Shown: positions 15,728-25,583 of the stretch, one piece after another | Layout of the letters: every line of letters starts with the position of its first letter | Position numbering within the stretch: the stretch's first letter is position 1 | Virus record (IMG/VR): IMGVR_UViG_3300020045_002986 | Location: 1-35,116 of that record | DNA: 35,116 nucleotides | Source of the DNA: a virus | Lineage: Duplodnaviria > Caudoviricetes | Direction: 5' to 3' (one strand) | Made by a program: the position numbers and the translations under genes | The notes under the pieces: model-generated | Seen by the model: only the letters and a program-made list of their open reading frames with translations | Database searches by the model: none | What the model was told of the DNA's origin: nothing

Positions 15728-16294
15728 ATGTATAAATCAACTAAAGAAATAAAACAAGTATTCGGAATAGACATAACAGAAAAGAACAGAACAATTCCTT
15801 ACGTCGCATTAAGAGCGTTTTATGCTGAAGATAGAGTAAACCAATTAAAAGGAAATATCACAAGCAGATACAAGACAGTTGCGAAAGAGTTAGGACGTGG
15901 GCGAGATAACGTTTATAACCTACTTAAGAAAGGAAAACTATTTAAAACAGACGAATGCATTAAATTAATATTTGAAGGCTTTAAAACGAAAGAAAAAGGT
16001 TGTTTACAAGAATACGAAAAGCAATTAAAGAAGACAAGAGCTTTAAGTCATAGCGAAAAAAGTATTAAGATGTTTAACGATGGTTTTAACTACGCACAAA
16101 TACCAAGTCAATTAGATAAAACAGAACAATTTGTTAGTAAAATGTCAAATCTAAAACTTGCAGAGTTTCTACGTGCTAATAAAGTATTAAAACATGAAGT
16201 GTGGGATACTCCAGTAAGAAATATATCTAATAACCAATGGGAAAAAGTGAGAAATATTAACGAAAAAATGTTTGATAACTACGTAAATAATTAA
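15728..16294 (+). CDS. Hypothetical protein with possible HTH
   Basis: YKTVAKELGRGRDNVYNLLKK. Confidence 0.65.
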   Translation: MYKSTKEIKQVFGIDITEKNRTIPYVALRAFYAEDRVNQLKGNITSRYKTVAKELGRGRDNVYNLLKKGKLFKTDECIKLIFEGFKTKEKGCLQEYEKQLKKTRALSHSEKSIKMFNDGFNYAQIPSQLDKTEQFVSKMSNLKLAEFLRANKVLKHEVWDTPVRNISNNQWEKVRNINEKMFDNYVNN

Positions 16295-16297
16295 ATT

Positions 16298-16603
16298 ATG
16301 GAAAAAATATATGAAGAGATGGAATTGTATAAATTATTTTTAAATGATTATTTAGATTTATACGTTTATTTTTGCGGGCATTTAAGAAAAAGACCTGCTG
16401 ATATTTGTAATGAGGTTTTATTTAAAGAAGAATTTAATTTTGAAAGATGGAAAAAAGGATTTGTAGATTATAAACAAAATAAATTAATTGATTACGTAAT
16501 TAATAACAAAATAGATGGAGTTAAATTGCAAAATAAGCACATACAATTAACTTATAATTGTTTTAGGTCAGTTCCTTTTAATATTAAATATAAATTAATT
16601 TAA
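16298..16603 (+). CDS. Hypothetical protein
   Basis: 101 aa. Confidence 0.65.
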   Translation: MEKIYEEMELYKLFLNDYLDLYVYFCGHLRKRPADICNEVLFKEEFNFERWKKGFVDYKQNKLIDYVINNKIDGVKLQNKHIQLTYNCFRSVPFNIKYKLI

Positions 16604-16638
16604 GTTAATTAAAAAATAATACGTAAATTGCAAAGATT

Positions 16639-16851
16639 ATGAAAATACTAAAAAAACTATTCGGAATAAAAACTACTTACGCTATTCCAGGTGATAACGG
16701 AGTAGATATTACTAAAGGTAAAAAGTATAAGTTTAAAAATATAGCTGGAGAAAATGGATATATTAAAGACGATAGTAAACACGAAATATATATTCAAATA
16801 AAAAAATGCAATCACTTAAACGGTGGTAGTTGGCAAGTAATAACAGAGTAA
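16639..16851 (+). CDS. Hypothetical protein
   Basis: 70 aa, ITKGKKY...CNHLNGGSW. Confidence 0.7.
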   Translation: MKILKKLFGIKTTYAIPGDNGVDITKGKKYKFKNIAGENGYIKDDSKHEIYIQIKKCNHLNGGSWQVITE

Positions 16852-16935
16852 AAAAATAAAATAGTTTCAGTAGGAGTATAAACTGAATTAAATTAACAGA
16901 GAACCGAGTTAAGCTATTTTTTAAAATATATCAAT

Positions 16936-17394
16936 ATGGCATATTCAGATAAAGAAATAGAAGAAGTATTTAATTACGTTTGTTTAGAGATTGAAAAAGG
17001 TCGCGCTTTACGTAATGTTTTAAAAGATGACAATATGCCAAGTACTTCAACTTTCTATCAATGGTTAGATAGCAATGAAGAAAAAGCGAAACAATACGCG
17101 CGCGCGACACAAGTTAGAGCCGACATAATCTTTGATGAGATTATAGATATTGCAGATGATTCTTCAGGTGATAAGAAAGTAGTTGAACATGGCAAGGTTA
17201 TGGATGGAGAATACGTGGCGCGTAGTAGAATAAGAATTGACACCAGAAAATGGGTGTTATCTAAATTGAACCCTAAAAAATACGGAGATAAATTAGATGT
17301 TTCTTCTTTAGGTGAAAAGATAAATACAAACATATCGATTTTAAATATAGATCCTTTTATAGAAGATAATGGAACAAACGACAGCACTTCGTAA
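16936..17394 (+). CDS. terS: Terminase small subunit (Sf6-like)
   Basis: MPSTSTFYQWL...YARA...DEIIDIAD...IDTRKWVLSKLNPKKYGDK; directly upstream of TerL. Confidence 0.85.
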   Translation: MAYSDKEIEEVFNYVCLEIEKGRALRNVLKDDNMPSTSTFYQWLDSNEEKAKQYARATQVRADIIFDEIIDIADDSSGDKKVVEHGKVMDGEYVARSRIRIDTRKWVLSKLNPKKYGDKLDVSSLGEKINTNISILNIDPFIEDNGTNDSTS

Positions 17395-18586
17395 AATATC
17401 AGGGTTAACAAAAAAAACTTGGTGCATTCAAGGTGGACAAGGTGCAGGGAAAACAATTTCTATTTTAATATTGTTAGTAAACCACGCTTCAAGAAATCCT
17501 AATAAAGAAATATACATAGCATCTGCTGAACTTTCTAAAATGAGAGATACGGTATTAAAAGACTTCATTAAAATTTTGAGGTCTTTTGGTCTTTATGAAA
17601 AGGTTAATTTAACAGGTATTACAAACGGTCAGCCTTTATGCATATTTCCTAACAAATCATTTATTCGTTTTATTGGATTAGACAAAGAAGATATAGGTAA
17701 GGGGTTGCGTTCAGATATTGTTTATCTAAACGAAGCCAATAAGACAAATTTTGAAACATACCGAGAACTTACTTCGCGTGCTAAACGTAAGATATTAGAT
17801 TATAACCCAAATAAAAGATTTTGGGCGCATACTGAAGTAATAACAGAAAAAGACTGTGAATATTTATGTTTAACTTATATTGATAATGAGTTTCTATCTG
17901 ATGAGGAACGCGGTGAAATTGAAAGCTATAAAGAAAAAGCATATCACGATAGCACATTAAAAGAATACGATACAGACGCTAATACAAAATCTAAATACTG
18001 GCGCAATAAATGGCGTATTTATGGTTTAGGAGTTACCGGATTAGTTGATAATAAAATATTCGAGAATTGGCAAACTTTAGGAGTAGATGAATTTATAAAT
18101 TTACCTTATGCTTCTTATTTTGGGCTTGATTTTGGTATGTCTGCCCCTACTGCGTTAGTTGAAATGAAAACAGACGGTGATGGGAACTATTTTTTAAGAG
18201 AGCGTTTGTATAAACCACTTAAAGAAATGAAAGGAACTTTATCAGATGAATTAGAAAATATGCAAATACCTAAACATATTGAAATGATTTGCGATAGTGG
18301 TAACGAGTTAAATTTAAACGAGGGAAGAAAACTGAGAAACTCAGGATTTAATATTATATTCGCTCAAAAAGGTCAAGGATCGGTAGTTTCAGCAATTGAA
18401 ACAATACAAAAATCAAATATTTATTATACTGAAGATAGTAGAAATTTAGAAGAAAACTACGAAAATTATCAATGGAAAACACACAACGGTGAAGTTTTAG
18501 ATATTCCAGAAGAAACAAGGGAAGATGCAATTGATGCTGCGAAATATGTTATTAAGTGGTATTCAAGAACAAGATATTTAAGTTAA
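17369..18586 (+). CDS. terL: Terminase large subunit (PBSX/SPP1-like)
   Basis: QGGQGAGKT Walker A, VYLNEA Walker B, DYNP, LTYIDN, GLDFG, DAIDAAKY. Confidence 0.92.
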   Translation: MEQTTALRKISGLTKKTWCIQGGQGAGKTISILILLVNHASRNPNKEIYIASAELSKMRDTVLKDFIKILRSFGLYEKVNLTGITNGQPLCIFPNKSFIRFIGLDKEDIGKGLRSDIVYLNEANKTNFETYRELTSRAKRKILDYNPNKRFWAHTEVITEKDCEYLCLTYIDNEFLSDEERGEIESYKEKAYHDSTLKEYDTDANTKSKYWRNKWRIYGLGVTGLVDNKIFENWQTLGVDEFINLPYASYFGLDFGMSAPTALVEMKTDGDGNYFLRERLYKPLKEMKGTLSDELENMQIPKHIEMICDSGNELNLNEGRKLRNSGFNIIFAQKGQGSVVSAIETIQKSNIYYTEDSRNLEENYENYQWKTHNGEVLDIPEETREDAIDAAKYVIKWYSRTRYLS

Positions 18587-18630
18587 TACAAAAAAAAATA
18601 TTAATAATGCATTTATTTAATTTATTTTTA

Positions 18631-18661
18631 TATATTTGCATATACTAATGTTGTGAAACAT
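18631..18661 (+). promoter_or_regulatory. Promoter -7 element and leader hairpin before the portal gene
   Basis: TATATTTG followed by ATGTT-GTGA-AACAT (GNRA tetraloop). Confidence 0.5.
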
Positions 18662-18673
18662 AGGTTTTTTATT

Positions 18674-19885
18674 ATGATAGAAAAGTCTTTTAGCCTATTT
18701 GGCACTAAAATATTCAGTAGAATTGAGCGCTCAATTGATGGCACAATGTCCTATCAATTACTTGGTGGCGATGGATTTGTTAATTATTCCGACTATCTTA
18801 AAATTTCTTTAGAAAACCCAGTTTTAAATACAATAGTTTCTTTACGTGCTAAAATGTATTCTCAAATGGCAATTACTCATGTAGATGCCAATGGTAAAGA
18901 AATTAAAAACTCAGAAGTATTAAAACTTCTAAAACAACCTAATTACTTTCAATCTCAAGAAGATTTCTTATTTCAGCAAATGTGGTTTTTGTCAGTTGCT
19001 GGAAATAACTATGTTTATCAAATAAAGCCTTTATCAACTAAATTACCTAAATCGTTATATAATCTTATACCGAGTGAAATTGATTTCAATGAGGTAAATA
19101 AGATTAATAAGTTCGTATTTCAAAAAGACGATAATAAATCTATTCAAGATAGAAAAATTAAATATACTTTAGATAATACGCAATATGATATTAAATTATC
19201 TGAATTGATTCCTTTGTATGATTTAGCAAACGGACTTCAACAAAATAGTTGGTTTTCAGCTCCAAGTCGTGTGCAATCAATTGAAAAAGTATTACAGAAT
19301 ATTGAGCAAAATTTAACTTCTAAGCATAAGAATTTACAATTCTCGGCAAAGTATATCAGTACTAATAAAAGTACTGGTATGGAAGCTCAAATACAAGTTG
19401 GAGATAGGAAAGCTATTGAGAATGTTTTAAATAGTAAAGACGTTTTAACCACTAACGCTGCAATTGAATACAAGCATTTAGTAAGCGATATGAAACGTTT
19501 GTATTTAGATGAACAATTTGCAGATGATGCTAATAAATGTTTGTTAGCTTTTGAACTTAACAAAGGAGTTTTAAACTACTTCGCAAAAGATAGTACTTTT
19601 GAAAATCAAAATCAAGGAATTATTAATTGGGTGCAGAACTCAATACAAGGTAGTGCGGATAACACAATGAATAGTTTATCTTCATCTTTTGGGTTATTAG
19701 ACAAAGGCGAAAGACTAATAGCTTCTTTTGACCATTTACCAATTATGCAAACTTTGATTAATGACAAAATAAAATCTTTTACAGAGTTTCAGAATAGTTT
19801 AAAGATAGCGATTGAAAACCAAACTTTATCTTTAGACGATGCAAAGAAAATGAGTGATAACTTCATTAAAAATTTAAAGTTATGA
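18674..19885 (+). CDS. Portal protein
   Basis: Position after TerL; LLKQPNYFQSQEDFL...GNNYVY...STFENQ as in HK97-type portals; ATG 18674 preferred over GTG 18653. Confidence 0.85.
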   Translation: MIEKSFSLFGTKIFSRIERSIDGTMSYQLLGGDGFVNYSDYLKISLENPVLNTIVSLRAKMYSQMAITHVDANGKEIKNSEVLKLLKQPNYFQSQEDFLFQQMWFLSVAGNNYVYQIKPLSTKLPKSLYNLIPSEIDFNEVNKINKFVFQKDDNKSIQDRKIKYTLDNTQYDIKLSELIPLYDLANGLQQNSWFSAPSRVQSIEKVLQNIEQNLTSKHKNLQFSAKYISTNKSTGMEAQIQVGDRKAIENVLNSKDVLTTNAAIEYKHLVSDMKRLYLDEQFADDANKCLLAFELNKGVLNYFAKDSTFENQNQGIINWVQNSIQGSADNTMNSLSSSFGLLDKGERLIASFDHLPIMQTLINDKIKSFTEFQNSLKIAIENQTLSLDDAKKMSDNFIKNLKL

Positions 19886-19998
19886 ATGTAGAAGAAATTA
19901 ATAAAAAGCTACAAGATAAAAGTATTAGTCTTGAATTAAGATTAGCTTTAGAGAAAAGAAAAGAGATATTGACAACTGACAAAATAGTTAAAAAATGA
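19882..19998 (+). CDS. Small hypothetical protein (38 aa)
   Basis: Manually read; ATGA overlaps on both sides. Confidence 0.6.
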   Translation: MNVEEINKKLQDKSISLELRLALEKRKEILTTDKIVKK

Positions 19999-20831
19999 TA
20001 GTAGCAAAAGAATTTCCAGATAGACAATTTGAAACGCAAGCAGATTTATTCAAAGCGTTGAAAGAAAATAAAAAGGAATTAGTTTCTTTGAAAAAGTCTA
20101 TTGAAAAAAGAGCCGATGCATTTAATTACGTTGGCGCTTCTATTGTTGATAAAAACACAAATAAAGAAGAAAATTCTAATAGTAATGACGTAAACGAATT
20201 ACAAGTAAAAGTAGTTATTAATACAACTAATTTTATTGATAGTCATAACGATTTACACATTAACGGTATTTGGAATAAGTCAGTAAGCGACAATAAAACT
20301 TTTTTACATTTACAAGAACACGAAAGGGAGTTTGACAAAGTAATTTCAGATAGTGCTATTGGAACAGTTGAGTCTATGACTTGGAAAAGTTTAGGATTTC
20401 CTTATAATGGAAAAACAGAAGCTTTAGTTTTTAATTCTACAATACAAAAGAAACGTAATGAATTTATGTTTAATCAGTATTCAAATGGGTGGGTTAAAAA
20501 TCATTCAGTTGGCATGAGATATGTGCGTATGGAATTGGCTGTTAATTCTGAAAGCGAATTTGATAAAGAAGAAAAAGAATTATTTGATAAATATTATCCA
20601 ATTATTGCAAATAAAGAAGTAGCCGACGAAAGAGGTTATTTTTGGGTAGTAAGTGAAGCTAAAATAATTGAAGGTAGTGCGGTTGTAATGGGTAGCAACT
20701 CAGCAACACCAACGCTTTCAGTTGAAAATAAAACGGATGCCGATACAATCACAACCGAAATTAAAATCGAGCCGTCTATTGACACTCAAAAAGAACAAGA
20801 TTTATTAAAAGAATTATTAAACAAATTTTAA
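19995..20831 (+). CDS. Prohead maturation protease
   Basis: Between portal and capsid; HLQEH, HSVGM, IEGSAVVMGSNSATP. Confidence 0.75.
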   Translation: MIVAKEFPDRQFETQADLFKALKENKKELVSLKKSIEKRADAFNYVGASIVDKNTNKEENSNSNDVNELQVKVVINTTNFIDSHNDLHINGIWNKSVSDNKTFLHLQEHEREFDKVISDSAIGTVESMTWKSLGFPYNGKTEALVFNSTIQKKRNEFMFNQYSNGWVKNHSVGMRYVRMELAVNSESEFDKEEKELFDKYYPIIANKEVADERGYFWVVSEAKIIEGSAVVMGSNSATPTLSVENKTDADTITTEIKIEPSIDTQKEQDLLKELLNKF

Positions 20832-20835
20832 AAAC

Positions 20836-22017
20836 ATGGAAGAAATTATCAAAGAATTGGGTCTAAAGATTGACGCAATGAAAAACGAAACGGTTTCAAA
20901 AGCGGAACTTATTAAAGTAATGTCAGAAGTTGCAGATTTGCAAACTAAAGGTAATGATGTTGCGGAATTAAAAGCAAATATCGAAGAAGTTGCTGCTAAA
21001 TTATTGGATTTAGAAACTAAAGGAGTTCCAAACGGTACGCCAGAAAATTTAGGTACTTTGTTAGCTGAAAAAGCAAACGAACTTAAAGCAATGAAAGAAA
21101 AGTCAGGTGCAAGTGTTCAAATCACACTTAAAGCGGCTGGAACAATGGCGTTATCTACTAACGTAACAGGACAAGTTCCTGTTGCTGATAGAGAGCCAGG
21201 GATCACAAGAATTGTAAGACGTAACCCTTTTATTTTAGAGTTAGTAAACGTTGGTACAATTATGTCAAACGTTTGGGAATGGGTTGAACAGAAAAATGCT
21301 GATGGTGGTGCTGCTATGACGGCAGAGGGTGCTGCTAAATCTCAAGCTGATTTTGATTTAGTTGTTGCTAGTGCTAACGTTAAAAAAGTAACTGCATACA
21401 TTAAAGTTACTAAAGAGATGTTAGATGACGTTGAATTAATGCGTTCAGAAATAGACCAAGAATTAACTGAGTTAATCAACTTGAAAATTGACGACCAATT
21501 ATTAAACGGTACAGGATTAACTGTTAATCTAACAGGTATTACCACTAATGCTACTGCTTGGGCTGCTGGAGCATTTGCTTTAGCTATTCCAACACCTACT
21601 AAATGGGATGTTTTAAGAACTGCAATTAACCAAGTAAGAGTAAATTTATTCGAGCCTAATTATATTGTATTACATCCAACAGATGTTACTGGTATGGAAT
21701 TATCTAAAGATTCAACAGGTCAGTATATTATGCCGCCATTCGCTGCATTAGATGGAACTATCGTTTCTGGAATTAGAGTTGTAGCAAATACAGGAGTTAC
21801 AATTGATAAGTTTTTAGTTGGTGATTTCTCTAAATCTGGAGTAAGATTTAAAGAAGGGGTAACTATTAACGTTGGTTATGAAAATGACGATTTCACTAAA
21901 AACCTTGTAACTATTTTAGCAGAAGCGAGACTAGTTCAAAGAGTTAAATCTAACCACTATGGTGCGTTTGTTTACGGTGACTTCTCTGATGCTGTAACTG
22001 CATTAACTAAACCATAA
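20836..22017 (+). CDS. Major capsid protein (HK97 fold)
   Basis: Coiled-coil delta-like N-terminus, AEGAAK, VTKEMLDD, QLLNGTG, DFTKNLVTILAEAR. Confidence 0.92.
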   Translation: MEEIIKELGLKIDAMKNETVSKAELIKVMSEVADLQTKGNDVAELKANIEEVAAKLLDLETKGVPNGTPENLGTLLAEKANELKAMKEKSGASVQITLKAAGTMALSTNVTGQVPVADREPGITRIVRRNPFILELVNVGTIMSNVWEWVEQKNADGGAAMTAEGAAKSQADFDLVVASANVKKVTAYIKVTKEMLDDVELMRSEIDQELTELINLKIDDQLLNGTGLTVNLTGITTNATAWAAGAFALAIPTPTKWDVLRTAINQVRVNLFEPNYIVLHPTDVTGMELSKDSTGQYIMPPFAALDGTIVSGIRVVANTGVTIDKFLVGDFSKSGVRFKEGVTINVGYENDDFTKNLVTILAEARLVQRVKSNHYGAFVYGDFSDAVTALTKP

Positions 22018-22021
22018 TAAA

Positions 22022-22144
22022 ATGGGTTTCTGGGAAGATACAACTGTAGAAGTTACTTATAAAGGTAAAACTACAAGAGTAGCCAAAGAAGATGCTCATT
22101 TATATGTAGATAAAAAAGAAGATAAACCAAAAGCAAAAAAGTAA
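22022..22144 (+). CDS. Small basic protein after the capsid gene (40 aa)
   Basis: Manually read MGFWEDTTVEVTYKG...KPKAKK. Confidence 0.6.
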   Translation: MGFWEDTTVEVTYKGKTTRVAKEDAHLYVDKKEDKPKAKK

Positions 22145-22147
22145 AAA

Positions 22148-22783
22148 ATGGTTCAAATAGTTGATAAATCGTATTTCAATAAACAGAATATTTTATATAT
22201 TCCTTTAGCTATTGAAGCGCCAGTACCAAGTGCTGTTACTTCTACGCCTAATAATGGAACTTATATTGATAATTTGTGCATTGAAATTGAGAAAACTATT
22301 TTAGTAAATTCTTTAGGTTTAACTACTTATAATGAACTTCAATTAGCAATAACGGATTTATTCGTGAATCCGTTATATGCTAAATATGAAAAATTGGTAA
22401 ATGGTGAGGAATACGAAGGTAAAATATGGAAAGGTTTAAAGTATGATTTGTCTTTAATTGCTCAGGCAATTTGGATAGAATATGTTACTCAAAAAACCAC
22501 CAATTTATCAGCAGTAGGAAATTCACAAGTAAATGTAGAAAAAGGAAGTTTAGTAACTCCTATGTACAAGATTTCTAATGCAAGTGCGTCGTTTATTAAG
22601 CAATATCAAGGCGGTGCTTTATTAACTCCAATAGTAAACGGAAACTTTATTGATTGGTGTGGGGAAAGCAACGAAGTAGAAATAAGTTTATACCGTTATT
22701 TAATGGATAAAAAAGACGATTTCACTGATACTGATATGACTAAATTTGCATTTTACGAGCAATTAAATTCTTTCGGTATATGA
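22148..22783 (+). CDS. Putative head-tail adaptor
   Basis: Synteny and size. Confidence 0.55.
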   Translation: MVQIVDKSYFNKQNILYIPLAIEAPVPSAVTSTPNNGTYIDNLCIEIEKTILVNSLGLTTYNELQLAITDLFVNPLYAKYEKLVNGEEYEGKIWKGLKYDLSLIAQAIWIEYVTQKTTNLSAVGNSQVNVEKGSLVTPMYKISNASASFIKQYQGGALLTPIVNGNFIDWCGESNEVEISLYRYLMDKKDDFTDTDMTKFAFYEQLNSFGI

Positions 22784-23286
22784 TTACTTTTGAGGAAAAT
22801 TTAGGTAAGTTAATACAATTATTGCCAGTAGTAACAATTGGTGATAATGACTACTCAATAAAATACAATTGGGGAACTCAAGAAGTACTTAACAAATACC
22901 TAATTACTAATAAAGAAAATTCATATCCTTTGATTTGGTTAATCGTTGGTAGAGATACAAACGAAATAAAAGGCAAAAACATAAGCAGAAATGCGCGTAT
23001 AGTTATTGCTACAAGATCAATGAATAAAGAGGAATTTAACGAATTTCAATTTCAAACATATTACAAAGAGATTTTGCACCCAATACAATTGAATCTTATT
23101 AAAGTTTTAGAGCGTAGCGGAATAAGTCAAATTATAGACGATACTTATAATTCTGAATTTGTACCTAATTATTCGTTTCAAGATGAAGCTGGGGTTTTAG
23201 CCGATATTTGGAATGCAATCGTCTTAAATATTGAAATCTCTTTTAATACAGATTACCAATGCAGAATTAAACAAGTAAAATTTTAA
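22780..23286 (+). CDS. Putative tail completion/terminator protein
   Basis: Synteny; YPLIWL motif. Confidence 0.5.
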   Translation: MITFEENLGKLIQLLPVVTIGDNDYSIKYNWGTQEVLNKYLITNKENSYPLIWLIVGRDTNEIKGKNISRNARIVIATRSMNKEEFNEFQFQTYYKEILHPIQLNLIKVLERSGISQIIDDTYNSEFVPNYSFQDEAGVLADIWNAIVLNIEISFNTDYQCRIKQVKF

Positions 23287-23289
23287 ATT

Positions 23290-23487
23290 ATGGCAAAGAG
23301 AATAAAAAATAAAGAAGCAAAGGAACAAATTAACGTTATTCCAGACGCAATGCCAGAAGTAAAAAAACAGTCGTTTAAAATACTAAAAGAATTTACAACA
23401 AGTGAGGGAACTTATAAATTAGGAGATACTTTTAGACACAACGACAAAAGAGTAATAAATTTTTTAAGAACAAATAAAATCATATAA
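23290..23487 (+). CDS. Hypothetical structural-region protein
   Basis: 65 aa. Confidence 0.65.
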   Translation: MAKRIKNKEAKEQINVIPDAMPEVKKQSFKILKEFTTSEGTYKLGDTFRHNDKRVINFLRTNKII

Positions 23488-23489
23488 AT

Positions 23490-24416
23490 ATGGGAATAAT
23501 TAGCACAATTGTGAATAATTTATCTTGTGGGGCAAACGCTCAAGCTGGAACAGGTACAAAATTCTGTCCTCAAGATATTGAAAATCCTACAGTAGTAGTG
23601 TTTGCAGAAAAAGGAACAAAGATTGCTCCAGAAATAGACTTTAATCTTGCATACTTTCAAGAAATGCAACAAAAAGGACAATTAATCGTTTTAAATGGTG
23701 TTGTGTCTTTTACAGATAATACGGCAGAAAATGAAGTTGGGACAAGAGAAAGCACAGGTATTAAGTATGGTACTATGTTGCCGCCTTACGACTTTACTTT
23801 TACTTTTGATAATGGATTACAATATTACAAAGCGTTGACTAAATTAGAAGGTTCTAAAAACTACGATATGTTTATTTTTGACGTGAAAAACGATATGTTT
23901 GGGGCTTTAGATAGACAAGGTAATTTTAGAGGTTTAGATTGTCAGTATATAGGAGTTGGTTCGTACAAGATAGGAAAAGAAAATGCACAGAATTTAATGA
24001 TTCAATTGTCAAGAACTGATTTTGATAATAATATTGGATTTATAGCTAACGAAAATTTAGATTTTACTGCTGAGCAAGATACTGATGGTTATAATGATAT
24101 TGACATTACTTTAACTGCACCAGCTGACGCCGCTACAACTTTAGCGATTAAAGTATATGCAAAATCTAACAACAAATTAGTGGCATTAACAGGATTAGCA
24201 AAAGAAGATTTCTTGTTAAAAGTTGAAGGCTCAAGCGTAACAATTACAACATTAACATCTGGAGTTATTCCTGGAGAATATACCTTAACCGTTCCGGCTT
24301 TTAACACAGGCGATGAAGTATCTTTACAATTATATGATGGAGTATTAAATGCTTCAATCATTAATTTAGATGGCACAATGTATAAATCAAATGTTGCAAC
24401 TACTGTAGTAGTATAA
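23490..24416 (+). CDS. Major tail protein with C-terminal Ig-like extension
   Basis: Synteny, size, beta-rich Thr/Val C-terminus, followed by a hairpin. Confidence 0.7.
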   Translation: MGIISTIVNNLSCGANAQAGTGTKFCPQDIENPTVVVFAEKGTKIAPEIDFNLAYFQEMQQKGQLIVLNGVVSFTDNTAENEVGTRESTGIKYGTMLPPYDFTFTFDNGLQYYKALTKLEGSKNYDMFIFDVKNDMFGALDRQGNFRGLDCQYIGVGSYKIGKENAQNLMIQLSRTDFDNNIGFIANENLDFTAEQDTDGYNDIDITLTAPADAATTLAIKVYAKSNNKLVALTGLAKEDFLLKVEGSSVTITTLTSGVIPGEYTLTVPAFNTGDEVSLQLYDGVLNASIINLDGTMYKSNVATTVVV

Positions 24417-24422
24417 TATTTA

Positions 24423-24456
24423 AATGGGGCGGTAATTTAAAAGCGCCCCATTATTT
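24423..24456 (+). terminator. Hairpin after the major tail gene (terminator or mRNA stabiliser)
   Basis: AATGGGGCG / CGCCCCATT 9-bp stem with a weak T tract. Confidence 0.5.
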
Positions 24457-24517
24457 AAAACGTTAAAGTCGTACAAGCGGTTAAAGTTCCGTAATTAAAT
24501 ACTAAAACTTACTTAAA

Positions 24518-24985
24518 ATGACTTCTCCATACGATTTAATGGTAAAACTTCAAGAGGTCAGAAATAGCTTACTTGATGAAATTGAAAATATTGTCTATCG
24601 TAATGAAAGCAAAATTATCAAACTTAACACTTCGCAAATAGACCAACACATTGGGTTCGATGGTAATACTTTAGAAAATACAAGTAGCCTTTTTAAAGGT
24701 TTTTATAGTCAAAATAGTTTTACTGAGAGTGGTGGATTTCATAGACAAGGCGAAATTTATGATTTTACTAATAGTGGTGATTTTTTTAGAGGATTTAACG
24801 TTGAAGTATTACCAAACTTAACACAAATAGAGATAGGTTCTACAGGTACAGGCTCAGGCGATAAAGCGAGTTTCTTCAGAGGTTACTATAATATTTTCGG
24901 ATTAACAACACAAAATCAATATATTTTAAATTATGAAATTATACTGCCAGAGCTTCAAAGATTTATTAAGCAAAAAATCGGATAG
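24518..24985 (+). CDS. Putative neck/tail protein (HK97 gp10-like position)
   Basis: DFTNSGDFFRGF...IFGLT...ILPEL; synteny. Confidence 0.5.
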   Translation: MTSPYDLMVKLQEVRNSLLDEIENIVYRNESKIIKLNTSQIDQHIGFDGNTLENTSSLFKGFYSQNSFTESGGFHRQGEIYDFTNSGDFFRGFNVEVLPNLTQIEIGSTGTGSGDKASFFRGYYNIFGLTTQNQYILNYEIILPELQRFIKQKIG

Positions 24986-25583
24986 TTATTTTGATACTTG
25001 CGAGAAAATGCCGTTATGGAATTTCAAAATGTTTATCGAAACGAATGATTTAAAATACTTTTCTAGCAAATTAATTTTTGATCCAAAACTTCAAAACATT
25101 GCAGATGCTTTTTTTACTAATTACATTGAACTAACAAACAATAGAAAAGTTGAAAATAGATATGTTACGATGTTTGAGATTATGCGACTTGAAAATAAAT
25201 ACAAGTGCGTTTCTTTATTGCTAAATGCTTTATGGAACTATGATAAAAGTTTAGGTTTAGATGGTTTTAATAAAATGATTGAAATACTTGATCAATGGAA
25301 TTATAAAATTGATAGGAATAAAGACGTTTTTAAACAGATTGAAACGATTAATAATAGACTACAAGGTATTAAGACAAAGATTGAATTAATACGTGGTAAA
25401 TTAGATGAAAAAGACAATGAAAGCAAAGATAAACCAAACTTTGATTCTGAATTAATTAATATAAGTAGAATATTAGAGTTAAGATTTCAATTAAAAGTTA
25501 AAGAAATGAATGTTGCTGAATTTATAGGATACCAACAACAAGCGCACCAAATAGTAGAACAACAAAATAAAAGCAAAAAATAA
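24933..25583 (+). CDS. Putative tail assembly chaperone
   Basis: Helical protein immediately before the tape measure gene; start uncertain (24933 or 25008). Confidence 0.5.
   Translation: MKLYCQSFKDLLSKKSDSYFDTCEKMPLWNFKMFIETNDLKYFSSKLIFDPKLQNIADAFFTNYIELTNNRKVENRYVTMFEIMRLENKYKCVSLLLNALWNYDKSLGLDGFNKMIEILDQWNYKIDRNKDVFKQIETINNRLQGIKTKIELIRGKLDEKDNESKDKPNFDSELINISRILELRFQLKVKEMNVAEFIGYQQQAHQIVEQQNKSKK

Noticed and set aside
17369-18586. TerL Walker B NE instead of DE (and helicase Walker A SRKT) as signs of inactivation
   Set aside because: Such variants occur in PBSX-type terminases and Bacteroidota AAA proteins; all other motifs are intact
24423-24517. Self-cleaving ribozyme or tRNA in the post-tail gap
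   Set aside because: No hammerhead, twister or HDV core and no cloverleaf recognisable by eye
24933-24985. Programmed frameshift joining 24518-24985 to 24933-25583 (lambda G/GT-like) at CAAAAAA
   Set aside because: Would need +1/-2 rather than the usual -1, no canonical XXXYYYZ heptamer is in register, and in-frame ATGs exist
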